Assembly: GCA_965235415.1 (NCBI GenBank)
Contig: CBDDXD010000002.1
Coordinates: forward strand, 93,596 to 157,595
Origin: Candidatus Pelagibacterales bacterium
GTDB lineage: Bacteria; Pseudomonadota; Alphaproteobacteria; Pelagibacterales; Pelagibacteraceae
DNA length: 64,000 nucleotides
Reading direction: 5' to 3'
Shown in pieces: positions 9,793 through 19,397 of this stretch. The notes below the pieces were generated by a model. That model ran no database searches. It was not told the origin of the DNA and saw nothing but the letters and a program-made list of their open reading frames with translations. Both the position numbers and the translations under genes were made by a program. The stretch's first letter is position 1, and each line of letters starts with the position of its first letter.

Positions 9793-10608
9793 ATGAACAG
9801 AAAATATAATGTTTTTTTAGTATCGGATTCAACAGGCGAAACTCTTGATAGAATATTTCTTGCTTTAAAGGCACAGTTTGAAAATTTTAACAATAGCTTA
9901 CACCATTTTTCTTTTGTTAGAACGGAGACACAAATAACAACCTTATTAGAAAAATGTAACAAGCTCGGAAATTCAATAGTGCTTTATACTCTTGTAGAGC
10001 CTGGGGTAACTGCTTTTTTAATAAAAGAAACTGAAAAATACAAAATTCCTTGTTTTGGTGTTTTAGACTATTTAATTCCAAAATTTGAAATAGCTCTTAA
10101 TAGAAAGGCCAACAGAAAGCCTAGCGGTCAGCATATTTTAAATAAAGAATATTATAAAAAAATTGCTGCTATGCAATTTAGTATTGAGCATGATGATGGT
10201 CAAAAATTGGAGACAATTTTAGAGGCTGATATAATTATTTTAGGAATTAGCAGAACCAGCAAAACCCCAACAACTATTTATCTTGCAAACAAAGGCTACA
10301 AATCAGCCAATATTCCAATGGTTCCAAATCAAAAAATACCTGAAGAAGTTTTAAAAGATAAAAAAAAGACAATCGTTGGATTAATTGCTGATCCAGAAAG
10401 ATTAATGGATATAAGAAAAAATAGACTAAACACATTAAGCGAAGAAAAACACACTTCTTATGTTGATCTAGAAAGAATAAAGGAAGAGCTAGAAGAAAGC
10501 AGAAAAATTTTTAAAGCAAACAACATCCCAACAATTGATGTAACGAGAAAGTCAGTAGAAGAAACGGCAGCCTCAATTATAAAAATTCACGAAATTAAAA
10601 ATAGTTAA
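9793..10608 (+). CDS. ppsR: PEP synthase/PPDK regulatory kinase-pyrophosphorylase (DUF299)
   Basis: VSDSTGET, HDDG, GISRTSKTPT, IDVTRKSVEETA. Confidence 0.95.
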   Translation: MNRKYNVFLVSDSTGETLDRIFLALKAQFENFNNSLHHFSFVRTETQITTLLEKCNKLGNSIVLYTLVEPGVTAFLIKETEKYKIPCFGVLDYLIPKFEIALNRKANRKPSGQHILNKEYYKKIAAMQFSIEHDDGQKLETILEADIIILGISRTSKTPTTIYLANKGYKSANIPMVPNQKIPEEVLKDKKKTIVGLIADPERLMDIRKNRLNTLSEEKHTSYVDLERIKEELEESRKIFKANNIPTIDVTRKSVEETAASIIKIHEIKNS

Positions 10609-11195
10609 TGAGAAATATTATTTTAGCATCCGCAAGCGGAATAAGGCTAAAAATATTAAATGATTTTGGCTTTAATGTTAAAGTAGAGGTAGCTAATGTA
10701 GACGAGGATGAAATTAAAAACTCTTTGTTAGCAGAGAAATTTAGTTCATTTGATATTTCAAGAGCCCTTGCTGAAACAAAAGCAAAAAAAATAAGCAGTA
10801 AAATTTATGACCAAATAATTCTGGGCGCTGATCAAGTTTTGGATTTTGAAGGCAATATATATAACAAACCAGAAAATATGGAATTAGCAATGAACCTAAT
10901 GAAAAGATTAAACGGCAAAGAACATTCTTTGTTTAGCTCTATTTGTTTGAGTAAAAATGGTTCGACTATTTGGATGCATACAGAGCAGGTTGTTTTAAAG
11001 ATGAAGCAGTTTTCGGATAATTTTATTAAAGATTATTTACAAAAAGTAGGTTTAGAAACCATCAAGAAATATGGTGTTTATCAAATAGAAGGAATGGGCA
11101 AAGATTTATTTGAAGAAATAAAAGGAGATGAATACTCTGTAATGGGAATGCCAATTAAACAATTAATTAACTATTACAAACTAAATGAAAAATAG
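10608..11195 (+). CDS. maf: Maf family nucleoside triphosphate pyrophosphatase
   Basis: IILASAS, DEDEIK, AETKA, LGADQV, GVYQIEG, VMGMP. Confidence 0.93.
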   Translation: MRNIILASASGIRLKILNDFGFNVKVEVANVDEDEIKNSLLAEKFSSFDISRALAETKAKKISSKIYDQIILGADQVLDFEGNIYNKPENMELAMNLMKRLNGKEHSLFSSICLSKNGSTIWMHTEQVVLKMKQFSDNFIKDYLQKVGLETIKKYGVYQIEGMGKDLFEEIKGDEYSVMGMPIKQLINYYKLNEK

Positions 11196-12012
11196 AAAAA
11201 ACTTTTTAGTTATTGGAAATCCTATCAAGCATTCTTTGTCTCCTTTTTTGCATAATTATTGGTTTCATAAAAATAAAATTAATTGTGAATATAAAAAGTT
11301 AAAAACGACAAAAAGTTCAATAAAGCAAATTTTAAACAGAGTTAGAAAAAGAGAGATAGAGGGTATTAATGTAACTATTCCTTTTAAAAATAGTGTTATT
11401 AAACATTTAGATGTTTTAAAGGGAGACGCTCTGAAAACTTCTTCAGTTAATACCGTTTACCTGAATAAAAAAAAATTGATTGGTGACAATACTGATGTTT
11501 ATGGTTTCTCTTCAGGTGTTTTAAGAAAAATTAAAACAAGAATTAAGACAGCGGGAATTATTGGTGCTGGAGGCGTTACCTCCTCTATTATTCTCGCTCT
11601 AATACAAAAGGGGGTAAAAAAAATATATATAACTAATAGAACTTTTTCTAAATTAAAAGTATTTAAGAAAAAATTTAAAAAGGTCATTTATCCGATTAAA
11701 TGGAATGATCGTTATAATGTATTCGAAGAAGTTCAAATTTTAATTAATGTTACAAGTCTTGGGATGCTTGGACAGAAGGATTTAAAGTTTGACTTTAATA
11801 TTTTCGATAAAAAAATTAATGTGGTGGATATTGTTTATAACCCAGAAAATACGAGCTTTTTAAAAGATGCAAGAATGAAGGGTCATAAAACTTTTACAGG
11901 CTTAGATATGTTTATTTATCAAGCTCAGAAGGCATTTTATATATGGAATAGAAAAAAACCCAAAATAACAAAAGATATTTATAAAAAACTTAGAAAAAAA
12001 ATTAATGGTTAG
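11185..12012 (+). CDS. aroE: Shikimate dehydrogenase
   Basis: GNPIKHSLSP, NVTIPFK, SVNT, GDNTD, GAGG, DIVYNP, GLDMFIYQA. Confidence 0.96.
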   Translation: MKNRKNFLVIGNPIKHSLSPFLHNYWFHKNKINCEYKKLKTTKSSIKQILNRVRKREIEGINVTIPFKNSVIKHLDVLKGDALKTSSVNTVYLNKKKLIGDNTDVYGFSSGVLRKIKTRIKTAGIIGAGGVTSSIILALIQKGVKKIYITNRTFSKLKVFKKKFKKVIYPIKWNDRYNVFEEVQILINVTSLGMLGQKDLKFDFNIFDKKINVVDIVYNPENTSFLKDARMKGHKTFTGLDMFIYQAQKAFYIWNRKKPKITKDIYKKLRKKING

Positions 12013-12586
12013 AGTTGGTATTTTAGGGTCAGTTGGAAGTGGCAAAACTTTTATTGCAAATATTTTTAAAGAACTGAGTTTTAATATTTTCTCAGCAGAT
12101 AATGAGGTCGCTAATATTTATAAGAACAATAAGATTGTTAATAGAAAGATTGCCAAATTTTTTAAGTTAAAACTTTACAAGGGTAAAATAAATAAACAGG
12201 ATCTTAGAGATTTGCTTAAAAAAAATCCAAAAAAATTTAAATTTTTGAATAAGATTATTCATCCAATAGTTAGAAAGAGATTAGCTCTTTTTTTGTCTAG
12301 ATTTAAAAAAAACAAATTAGTTGTTTTAGATATTCCACTTTTAGTGGAGAATAAAATGCTCAATTTTGTTGATATTTTTATTCTTGTTAAAACTAAATCT
12401 AATTCTTTTTTAAGCAGAATAAAAAAAAGAAAAAATTTAGATAAAAAATTTTTAAATATATTAAAAAAACAACAGGCGAGTGAAAAGATCAAAGAAAGCT
12501 ATGCGGATTTTATAATTTATAATAGTTCCAAAAATAAAGTTAAATTGCAGGTAAAAAATATTCTTGATAAGATTCTTTTAAATTAA
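12005..12586 (+). CDS. coaE: Dephospho-CoA kinase
   Basis: GILGSVGSGKT P-loop, IIHPIV, LDIPLLVE, ADFIIYN. Confidence 0.92.
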   Translation: MVRVGILGSVGSGKTFIANIFKELSFNIFSADNEVANIYKNNKIVNRKIAKFFKLKLYKGKINKQDLRDLLKKNPKKFKFLNKIIHPIVRKRLALFLSRFKKNKLVVLDIPLLVENKMLNFVDIFILVKTKSNSFLSRIKKRKNLDKKFLNILKKQQASEKIKESYADFIIYNSSKNKVKLQVKNILDKILLN

Positions 12587-13257
12587 TGATTGAAGTTATT
12601 TTAGATACAGAGACAACGGGACTGTCAGCAGAGAAAGATAGAATTGTTGAAATTGCCTGCGTGGAATTAAACAATCATATCCCTACAAAAAATGTTTTTC
12701 ACACATTTTTAAATCCGGAGACCAAGGTATCAGCAGATGCCTTTAGTGTTCATGGGTATTCTGATGAATTTTTATCAAACAAACCTAAATTTAAAGATAT
12801 TGCTAAAGATTTTCTTAATTTTATTAAAGATAAAAAACTTATTATTCATAATGCAGATTTTGATCTTGGATTTTTAAATAATGAATTAAAAAGATTAAAT
12901 ATTAAACCTATTTTAAAATCTGATATTTTAGACACCCTCCAGCTCGCCAGATCTAAGTTTCCAGGAGTTGGTAATAGTTTAGATGCTCTGTGCAAGAGAT
13001 TTAAAATTAATATTGAGGCTAGAGAAAAACATTCTGCGTTGTTAGATTGCCAATTACTTTCCAAAGTTTATATCGAATTAGTTGATAAAAAAGAATTAAC
13101 GCTTGATCTAATGTCTAATGATAAAACTTTTAATGAAAAGATAAAATTGAGCCATGAGAACAGAGAAGGTATTGTTGTTAAAGTTTCGATGGAGCAAATG
13201 GAAGAATATAAGAAGTTTTTAAAGAAGAATGTTTCTAATGCTTTTGCGTTAGATTAG
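12586..13257 (+). CDS. dnaQ: DNA polymerase III epsilon subunit
   Basis: ExoI LDTETTGL, ExoII IHNADFD, ExoIII HSALLD, YIEL. Confidence 0.97.
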   Translation: MIEVILDTETTGLSAEKDRIVEIACVELNNHIPTKNVFHTFLNPETKVSADAFSVHGYSDEFLSNKPKFKDIAKDFLNFIKDKKLIIHNADFDLGFLNNELKRLNIKPILKSDILDTLQLARSKFPGVGNSLDALCKRFKINIEAREKHSALLDCQLLSKVYIELVDKKELTLDLMSNDKTFNEKIKLSHENREGIVVKVSMEQMEEYKKFLKKNVSNAFALD

Positions 13258-13693
13258 CAGATTGTTGTTCGTATAGTTCTTTAAAGTTAATTTCTTTCTT
13301 AAATTTAAATTCTTTAAACCCAGATTTTTGAAATAACTCAGTAATAAGATCTGTTAGTTTTTTTGCATATAAATCAGGTATTTCTGCAAGAATGATCTTT
13401 TTAACTTCTTCTGCTTTTAATTCTGTGTTTGTAATTTTAAATATTACTGCAAGACATGCCTCAGCATGAATTTTATTTTGAACTTCTTTTGGTGCTTCAA
13501 AAATAAGTTTTAAACTCAATTCTAACATCCCATTTTTTAGTGGTTTGTTAGAAATATCAACTTTTGTTTCATATTTTCCAAGATTTTGTGCGGCATCTAC
13601 AAAGCAATCTGGTGATGGGATTTCAAAAGATAAATCTTTTACGTAGTTTGCAATGATTTGGTATTTAGAATTTTCTTTATTTTTTTCTTCCAT
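13235..13693 (-). CDS. secB: Protein-export chaperone SecB
   Basis: YVKDLSFEIP motif, length and position after dnaQ. Confidence 0.8.
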   Translation of the reverse strand: MEEKNKENSKYQIIANYVKDLSFEIPSPDCFVDAAQNLGKYETKVDISNKPLKNGMLELSLKLIFEAPKEVQNKIHAEACLAVIFKITNTELKAEEVKKIILAEIPDLYAKKLTDLITELFQKSGFKEFKFKKEINFKELYEQQSANLTQKH

Positions 13694-13807
13694 TTAAAAT
13701 ATGAACTTTTGTATTATTTAAATATATTTTTTTATATTAAATATCATTTAATTCGATCTAAATTTAGATGTATTAATTTTTAACTATTTAATCTAAAATA
13801 CCCCTAA

Positions 13808-14423
13808 ATGAATGATAATTTTGGATATATAGACATTGTATTGCTCGCAATAGTAGCGGGTATAATTATTTTAAGACTTAGAAATGTTCTTGGCAAAGGA
13901 GCAGAGGATAGTGCCGTTAGAGCAAAAAAATCAGTGATAGTTGATGCTCAATTTGAAGATGTTAAGTCATCAGTAGTTGAAGAAAATATTAATTTAAGAG
14001 AATTTAAAGAGGAGACATTTTTAAAAGGCGCCCAAGCAGCTTATGAGATGATTGTTAATGCATTTGCTGCTGCAGACAAAAAGACTTTAAAAGATCTAGC
14101 CTCTCCCTGAAGTTTACAAAAGCTTCGTTGCTGTTCTTGATGAAAGAAAAAACAAAAAATATGTTAATCAATTTACATTTATAGGGATTAAGAAAGCAAA
14201 AATAGAGAATGTAGACAAGAAAGACAGTTTTTATACTGTAAAAACTAGATTTGTGAGTGAAATTATATCCTGCGTTAAAGATGCTAATAATAATATTATT
14301 GAAGGTAGTCCTGAAGAAATTCAAACAGTTAATGATGTTTGGAGTTTTTCGAGAGATTTAAATTCTGATGATCCTACTTGGCATTTAACTGAAATTGCAC
14401 AGGATGTGCATGCCAAAGAATAA
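13808..14423 (+). CDS. Tim44/TimA family protein (frameshift near 14105)
   Basis: N-terminal TM, LRLRNVLGK, FLKGAQAAYEMIVNAF. After an extra C (TCTCCCTGAA) it continues PEVYKSF...FVSEIISC...VNDVWSFSRDLNSDDPTWHLTEI to TAA at 14421-14423. Confidence 0.88.
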
Positions 14424-14847
14424 TAAAAATTCTACAAATCCAGAAGATATTAAAGCTTGGGAGGATTTTAAGAGCCAAAAATTTTTAGATGGCGATAAAG
14501 GAGAAATATTTAAAAAATCTATAAAAGGAAATAAAAAGCAAGATCATATCGATTTTAAAATAGATTTACATGGTTACTCATTGCAAGAATCTTTTCAGAA
14601 GATAAAAGGAGTTATAGAAAATTGTTATCAAAAAGATTTAAGAAATATTTTAATTATTACAGGCAAAGGACTACGATCTAAGGTTAAAGAAAATCCTTAT
14701 TTGTCAGAAGATCTAAGTTTATTAAAATATGCAGTTCCAAATTTTATCAAAGATAATTTTTCAGATATTATTAATTCCATGGATGAGCCAGATCAAAGTT
14801 TAGGTGGATCTGGTGCTTTTTTATTAAGATTAAAAAAAAGATTATAG
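14410..14847 (+). CDS. Smr/MutS2 C-terminal domain protein
   Basis: KIDLHGYS, LIITGKG, GGSGAFLLRL. Confidence 0.92.
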   Translation: MPKNNKNSTNPEDIKAWEDFKSQKFLDGDKGEIFKKSIKGNKKQDHIDFKIDLHGYSLQESFQKIKGVIENCYQKDLRNILIITGKGLRSKVKENPYLSEDLSLLKYAVPNFIKDNFSDIINSMDEPDQSLGGSGAFLLRLKKRL

Positions 14848-14921
14848 AATAGTATTTATTTCATCATTAAAGCTAATTTATTGATAAGGTAAGTTTTTCT
14901 ATATATAGATTGTTAATTCAT

Positions 14922-15509
14922 ATGAGGATCGCAAAAGTTAATAGAAAAACCAAAGAGACATCTATAGAGGCTGAGGTAAATTTAGATGGAAAAGGTGTTT
15001 ATAAAATAGATACGGGAATTGGTTTTTTAAATCACATGCTTGAACAGCTATCAAAACATTCTTTGGTAGATATAAATTTAAAAGCCAAAGGTGATTTGCA
15101 TATTGATCTTCACCACACAACAGAAGATTCAGGAATTGTTATAGGAGAGGCTATTGCCAAGGCTTTGGGAGACAAGAAAGGTATCAAAAGATATGCGCAT
15201 GCTTATATTCCAATGGATGAAACATTAAGTAGAGTTTCTCTTGATATATCAAATAGACCCTATTTAGTTTGGAATGTGAAATTAAAAGTAGAAAAGCTTG
15301 GAGAAATGGATACTGAACTATTTAAAGAGTGGTTTCAGGCTTTTTCACAAAGCGCGGGCATTACTTTGCACATCGAAAATATTTATGGTGATAATAGCCA
15401 TCATATTATCGAGTCTTGTTTTAAGGGATTAGCGAGGGCTTTACGTCTTGCATTAGAAAAAGATGCAAGGGCTGGAGATTCTTTGCCTTCTACTAAAGGA
15501 ATACTTTAA
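14922..15509 (+). CDS. hisB: Imidazoleglycerol-phosphate dehydratase
   Basis: [35 protein letters not shown]. Confidence 0.98.
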   Translation: MRIAKVNRKTKETSIEAEVNLDGKGVYKIDTGIGFLNHMLEQLSKHSLVDINLKAKGDLHIDLHHTTEDSGIVIGEAIAKALGDKKGIKRYAHAYIPMDETLSRVSLDISNRPYLVWNVKLKVEKLGEMDTELFKEWFQAFSQSAGITLHIENIYGDNSHHIIESCFKGLARALRLALEKDARAGDSLPSTKGIL

Positions 15510-15520
15510 AGATTTTTTAA

Positions 15521-16162
15521 ATGTATGTATCAATTGTTGATTATGGAACTGGAAATCTCAATTCCGTTTCTAAAGCTTTAGAAGCTGCAGCTACAAAAAT
15601 TAATAAAAAAATAAATATAAGAATATCTAGTAAGCCCAAAGATATTTTAGATTCAGATAAAATTATATTGCCTGGCCAGGGTTCTTATAGACAGTGTGCT
15701 TTAGGAGTAAAAAATATATCTGGATTATGGGATTCTATTAATGAATTTGTTCTAATTAAAAAAAAACCAATTTTAGGAATTTGTGTTGGGATGCAGCTTT
15801 TTTCAGATCAAGGATTCGAAGAAGAGGTCACGGAAGGATTTGGTTGGATCAAGGGTTCTGTAAAAAAGATAAAACTTAATAATAAAGATTTAAAATTACC
15901 CCACATGGGTTGGAATGAAGTTAACATTGTTAAAAAAAATGATTTATTTTTAGATATTAAAAATTTATCTCATTTTTATTTTGTGCACAGTTATGCATTT
16001 GAGCCTGAAAATATTAATGATGTTATCTGCACAACAGATTATGAGAAGTCAGTCGTTGTTGGTCTTTTAAAAGGAAATATTTTTGGTACCCAGTTTCACC
16101 CTGAAAAGAGTCAGGAAAATGGAATTAAGTTATTGTCTAACTTTTTGAATTGGAATTCATAA
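15521..16162 (+). CDS. hisH: Imidazole glycerol phosphate synthase glutaminase subunit
   Basis: DYGTGNL, LPGQG, LGICVGMQ, PHMGWN, YFVHSY, QFHPEKS. Confidence 0.97.
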   Translation: MYVSIVDYGTGNLNSVSKALEAAATKINKKINIRISSKPKDILDSDKIILPGQGSYRQCALGVKNISGLWDSINEFVLIKKKPILGICVGMQLFSDQGFEEEVTEGFGWIKGSVKKIKLNNKDLKLPHMGWNEVNIVKKNDLFLDIKNLSHFYFVHSYAFEPENINDVICTTDYEKSVVVGLLKGNIFGTQFHPEKSQENGIKLLSNFLNWNS

Positions 16163-16875
16163 TGATTATATTTCCAGCAATAGATCTAAAAGACGGAAAG
16201 TGCGTGAGACTTTACAAAGGAGATTTTAATAAAACTACTATTTTTAACTCTTCTCCATATAATCAAGCCCTTCAATTTAAGAAGAAAGGTTTTACAAATT
16301 TACATCTTGTGGATCTTGATGGCGCCTTAAAAGGAAGATCTAAGAATAAAAAAGTTATAATTAGAATCATAAAAAACACAAATTTAAATGTACAATTAGG
16401 TGGAGGAATTAGAACTTTAAAACAAATATCTTTTTGGATTAAAAATGGAGTTTCAACGGTAGTTGTTGGAACGATGGCTGTAAAAAATCCAAAAATTTTA
16501 AAAAAGGCATGTGATTTATTTCCTGGAAGAATAGCCGTTGCACTTGATGTTAGAAATAATTTTTTAGCTATTAAAGGCTGGGTAAAACAAACAAAAATAA
16601 AACTTATGGATTTTTCTAAAAAGTTAGAGGATTTTGGCGTGTCTAGAATTATTTACACAGATATTAATCGAGATGGGACAAAGAAAGGCGTTAATTTTTC
16701 TCAATTAAAAAAAATAGTCAAAAAAGTTAATATTCCATTGGTCGTTTCTGGAGGTGTTTCAAATATAAAAGATATAAGAAAATTATATAAAGCGAATTTA
16801 TTTGATGGAGTTATTATTGGAAAAGCTATTTATGATAAATCAATTTCTCTAAATGAACTTAAAAAATTTGTTTAA
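16162..16875 (+). CDS. hisA: ProFAR isomerase
   Basis: [39 protein letters not shown]. Confidence 0.97.
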   Translation: MIIFPAIDLKDGKCVRLYKGDFNKTTIFNSSPYNQALQFKKKGFTNLHLVDLDGALKGRSKNKKVIIRIIKNTNLNVQLGGGIRTLKQISFWIKNGVSTVVVGTMAVKNPKILKKACDLFPGRIAVALDVRNNFLAIKGWVKQTKIKLMDFSKKLEDFGVSRIIYTDINRDGTKKGVNFSQLKKIVKKVNIPLVVSGGVSNIKDIRKLYKANLFDGVIIGKAIYDKSISLNELKKFV

Positions 16876-16880
16876 ATAAA

Positions 16881-17639
16881 ATGCTTAAAAAAAGAATCAT
16901 ACCTTGTCTTGATGTTAAAGAGGGTAGAGTTGTGAAAGGTATAAATTTTGTGAATTTAAGAGATGCTGGGGATCCAGTGGAACAAGCAAAAATATATGAT
17001 AAAGGTGGTGCAGATGAAATATGTTTTTTAGATATTACAGCATCAAATGAAAATAGAAAGATTTTATTAGATAAAGTAAGCGAAACAGCAAAAAGTTGTT
17101 TTGTTCCTCTAACCGTAGGAGGGGGGATTAGTAGTATTGAAGATATTAAAAATCTTTTACTTGCAGGAGCAGATAAAGTTTCAATTAATACTGCAGCAGT
17201 AAAGAATCATAATTTTATTAAAGAGAGCTCAATTAGATTTGGATCGCAGTGTATTGTTATTGCGATAGATGCAAAAAAAGTTGCAAATAATAAATGGGAA
17301 ATATTTACTCACGGTGGAAGAAATTCCACAGGTATTGACGCTATCGAATATGCAAGAATTGCTGAAAAGAATGGCGCTGGAGAAATTCTTCTTACATCAA
17401 TGGATAAAGATGGAACAAAGACAGGTTATGATCTTGAATTAACAAGGGCTATTGCAAGCTTAGTGTCTATACCTGTTATAGCTTCTGGAGGCGTAGGTAA
17501 TCTTGACCATTTATATGAGGGATTTAATACAGGATTGGCTAGTGCAGTTTTAGCAGCTTCAATCTTTCATTATGGCGAATATTCCATAATGGATGCAAAA
17601 AACTATTTAATTAAAAAGGGAATACCAATAAGAATTTAA
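16881..17639 (+). CDS. hisF: Imidazole glycerol phosphate synthase cyclase subunit
   Basis: [39 protein letters not shown]. Confidence 0.99.
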   Translation: MLKKRIIPCLDVKEGRVVKGINFVNLRDAGDPVEQAKIYDKGGADEICFLDITASNENRKILLDKVSETAKSCFVPLTVGGGISSIEDIKNLLLAGADKVSINTAAVKNHNFIKESSIRFGSQCIVIAIDAKKVANNKWEIFTHGGRNSTGIDAIEYARIAEKNGAGEILLTSMDKDGTKTGYDLELTRAIASLVSIPVIASGGVGNLDHLYEGFNTGLASAVLAASIFHYGEYSIMDAKNYLIKKGIPIRI

Positions 17640-17641
17640 CT

Positions 17642-17968
17642 ATGTTTAAAAATTTAGAGCAACTTATAAAGACAATAAAGAAACAAAAGAATAAAAATTC
17701 AAAAATTTCATATACGGCAAGTCTTTTTAAAAAAGGAAAAAATTTTTGTATAAAAAAATTTATGGAAGAGGCAAGAGAACTTGCGGTTTCATCTAAATAT
17801 TCTAATAAAAAAAATATAGTTCATGAAGCGTCAGATTTATTATATCATTTTTTAGTTCTTCTTGAGTTTAAAAAAATCTCAATAGGTTCAGTTATGAGAG
17901 AGTTAAAGAGAAGACAAAAGATTTCAGGAATTCAAGAGAAGAAGAATAGAAAAAAAAATGTACGATAA
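17642..17968 (+). CDS. hisE: Phosphoribosyl-ATP diphosphatase
   Basis: SYTASLF, EE, HEASDLLYHFLVLL, ELKRR; follows hisF. Confidence 0.88.
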   Translation: MFKNLEQLIKTIKKQKNKNSKISYTASLFKKGKNFCIKKFMEEARELAVSSKYSNKKNIVHEASDLLYHFLVLLEFKKISIGSVMRELKRRQKISGIQEKKNRKKNVR

Positions 17969-18314
17969 AAATAATATATTTGCTAAAATTTTAAGAGGAG
18001 AAATTCCCTGCAATAAAATTTATGAAGATAAGTTTGCTCTTGCATTTAAAGATATTAATCCCCAGGCAAAAATTCATGTCTTGGTAATTCCAAAAGGCGC
18101 ATATGTAGATATGAATGATTTTGCAGCTAATGCTAAAAGTGATGAAATTGAGGGTTTAATTAGAGCTTTGGGTAAAGTTGCTAAAATTCTAGGAGTATCT
18201 GCTTCTGGTTATAGATATTTAGGTAACAACGGTAGTGATGGCGGACAAGAAGTTCCCCATCTGCATTTTCATATCTTTGGTGGAGAAAAATTAGGAAGAA
18301 TGATCCATAAGTAA
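17958..18314 (+). CDS. hinT: HIT family nucleotide-binding protein
   Basis: NIFAKILRGEIP, DINPQAKIHVLVIPK, GQEVPHLHFH histidine triad. Confidence 0.93.
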   Translation: MYDKNNIFAKILRGEIPCNKIYEDKFALAFKDINPQAKIHVLVIPKGAYVDMNDFAANAKSDEIEGLIRALGKVAKILGVSASGYRYLGNNGSDGGQEVPHLHFHIFGGEKLGRMIHK

Positions 18315-18315
18315 G

Positions 18316-18836
18316 ATGGAAAGATCCATAGATAGATTTTATCTACATCTTACTTTCAAGTTAGTGATTTAATAAAATCAAACTGTAAAGAAAAAAATTT
18401 AGAAGTTATTCTAGAAAAAAAACCAACGATAGATTTTTGCAAATTTTTTTATAAAGAGGTTGGAAAAGATTTTTTCTGGAGAGACAGACTAAAATGGAGC
18501 GATCAAGATTGGTTAGATTATATTAATAATGATTTTTTTAAATTATATATTTTAAAACATAATAATAATTTAGCAGGATATTATGAGTTACTTTATGATC
18601 CAAAAACTTCTTCAATGGAGATCCCTTATTTTGGGATATTTAAAGAATTTTATGGAAAGGGAATAGGTGGGTATTTATTAACTGATGCAATATTAACGTC
18701 TTTTAATCAAAAGATTAATAAAGTGTGGGTTCATACGTGCACACTTGACCATCCTAATGCTCTAAAAAATTATCTTGCACGAGGGATGAAAATTTTTAAG
18801 ACGGAAAAGATATTTTTTAATCCAGAAAATTTATAA
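18316..18836 (+). CDS. GNAT family N-acetyltransferase (frameshift near 18355)
   Basis: ATG at 18316. The long frame reads FYKEVGKDFFWRDRLKW...AGYYEL...YFGIFKEFYGKGIGGYLL...VWVHTCTLDHPNALKNYLARG. Confidence 0.85.
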
Positions 18837-18840
18837 TTTT

Positions 18841-19392
18841 TTATTTTGGGATTTCAAATTTTTCGTTTGTATTAATATTTATTGAAATATTTTTCATTAA
18901 GAATTCTAGATTTGATTTGTCATAGTTCTTTATTTTCCATCCTACAATATTCATTTCTTTGGAGTTAAAGTATATCTCAATACTTTCTTGAGAATTTAGA
19001 TCTATAATTGCTGTTATATTTTTATCTGATTTGTTAAATTTTTCTACTTTGGATAATTTTTCTATAATATTTTCTTTGTCTAACATAACTCCCAATGGGG
19101 TATCTTTGATATTATAGTTATAATTTTTATTTTCTCTTTTATTAATCAGGAATAAGTAATCATCATTTACAATAATTTCTTTGTCTTCTTCTTCATATAA
19201 GCACCTCATTTTTTTTGGGTAAACAATAAGACAATTGCCATTTTCTGTTATGTCATTTGTGATTTGAGTGAAATTAAATTTAATGGAATTTATTTTTTTT
19301 AAATTTTCAATTATTCTTTCTTTTTCAGATCCTTCCACATTAACACAAAAAAAAATTAACATTGTTAAAACAATGTATAAAAATCTCTTCAT
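18841..19392 (-). CDS. lolA: Outer-membrane lipoprotein carrier LolA family
   Basis: Signal peptide, FNFTQ, GNC..YPKKMRCLY, TPLGVML; downstream of ftsK. Confidence 0.82.
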   Translation of the reverse strand: MKRFLYIVLTMLIFFCVNVEGSEKERIIENLKKINSIKFNFTQITNDITENGNCLIVYPKKMRCLYEEEDKEIIVNDDYLFLINKRENKNYNYNIKDTPLGVMLDKENIIEKLSKVEKFNKSDKNITAIIDLNSQESIEIYFNSKEMNIVGWKIKNYDKSNLEFLMKNISININTNEKFEIPK

Positions 19393-19397
19393 TTATT

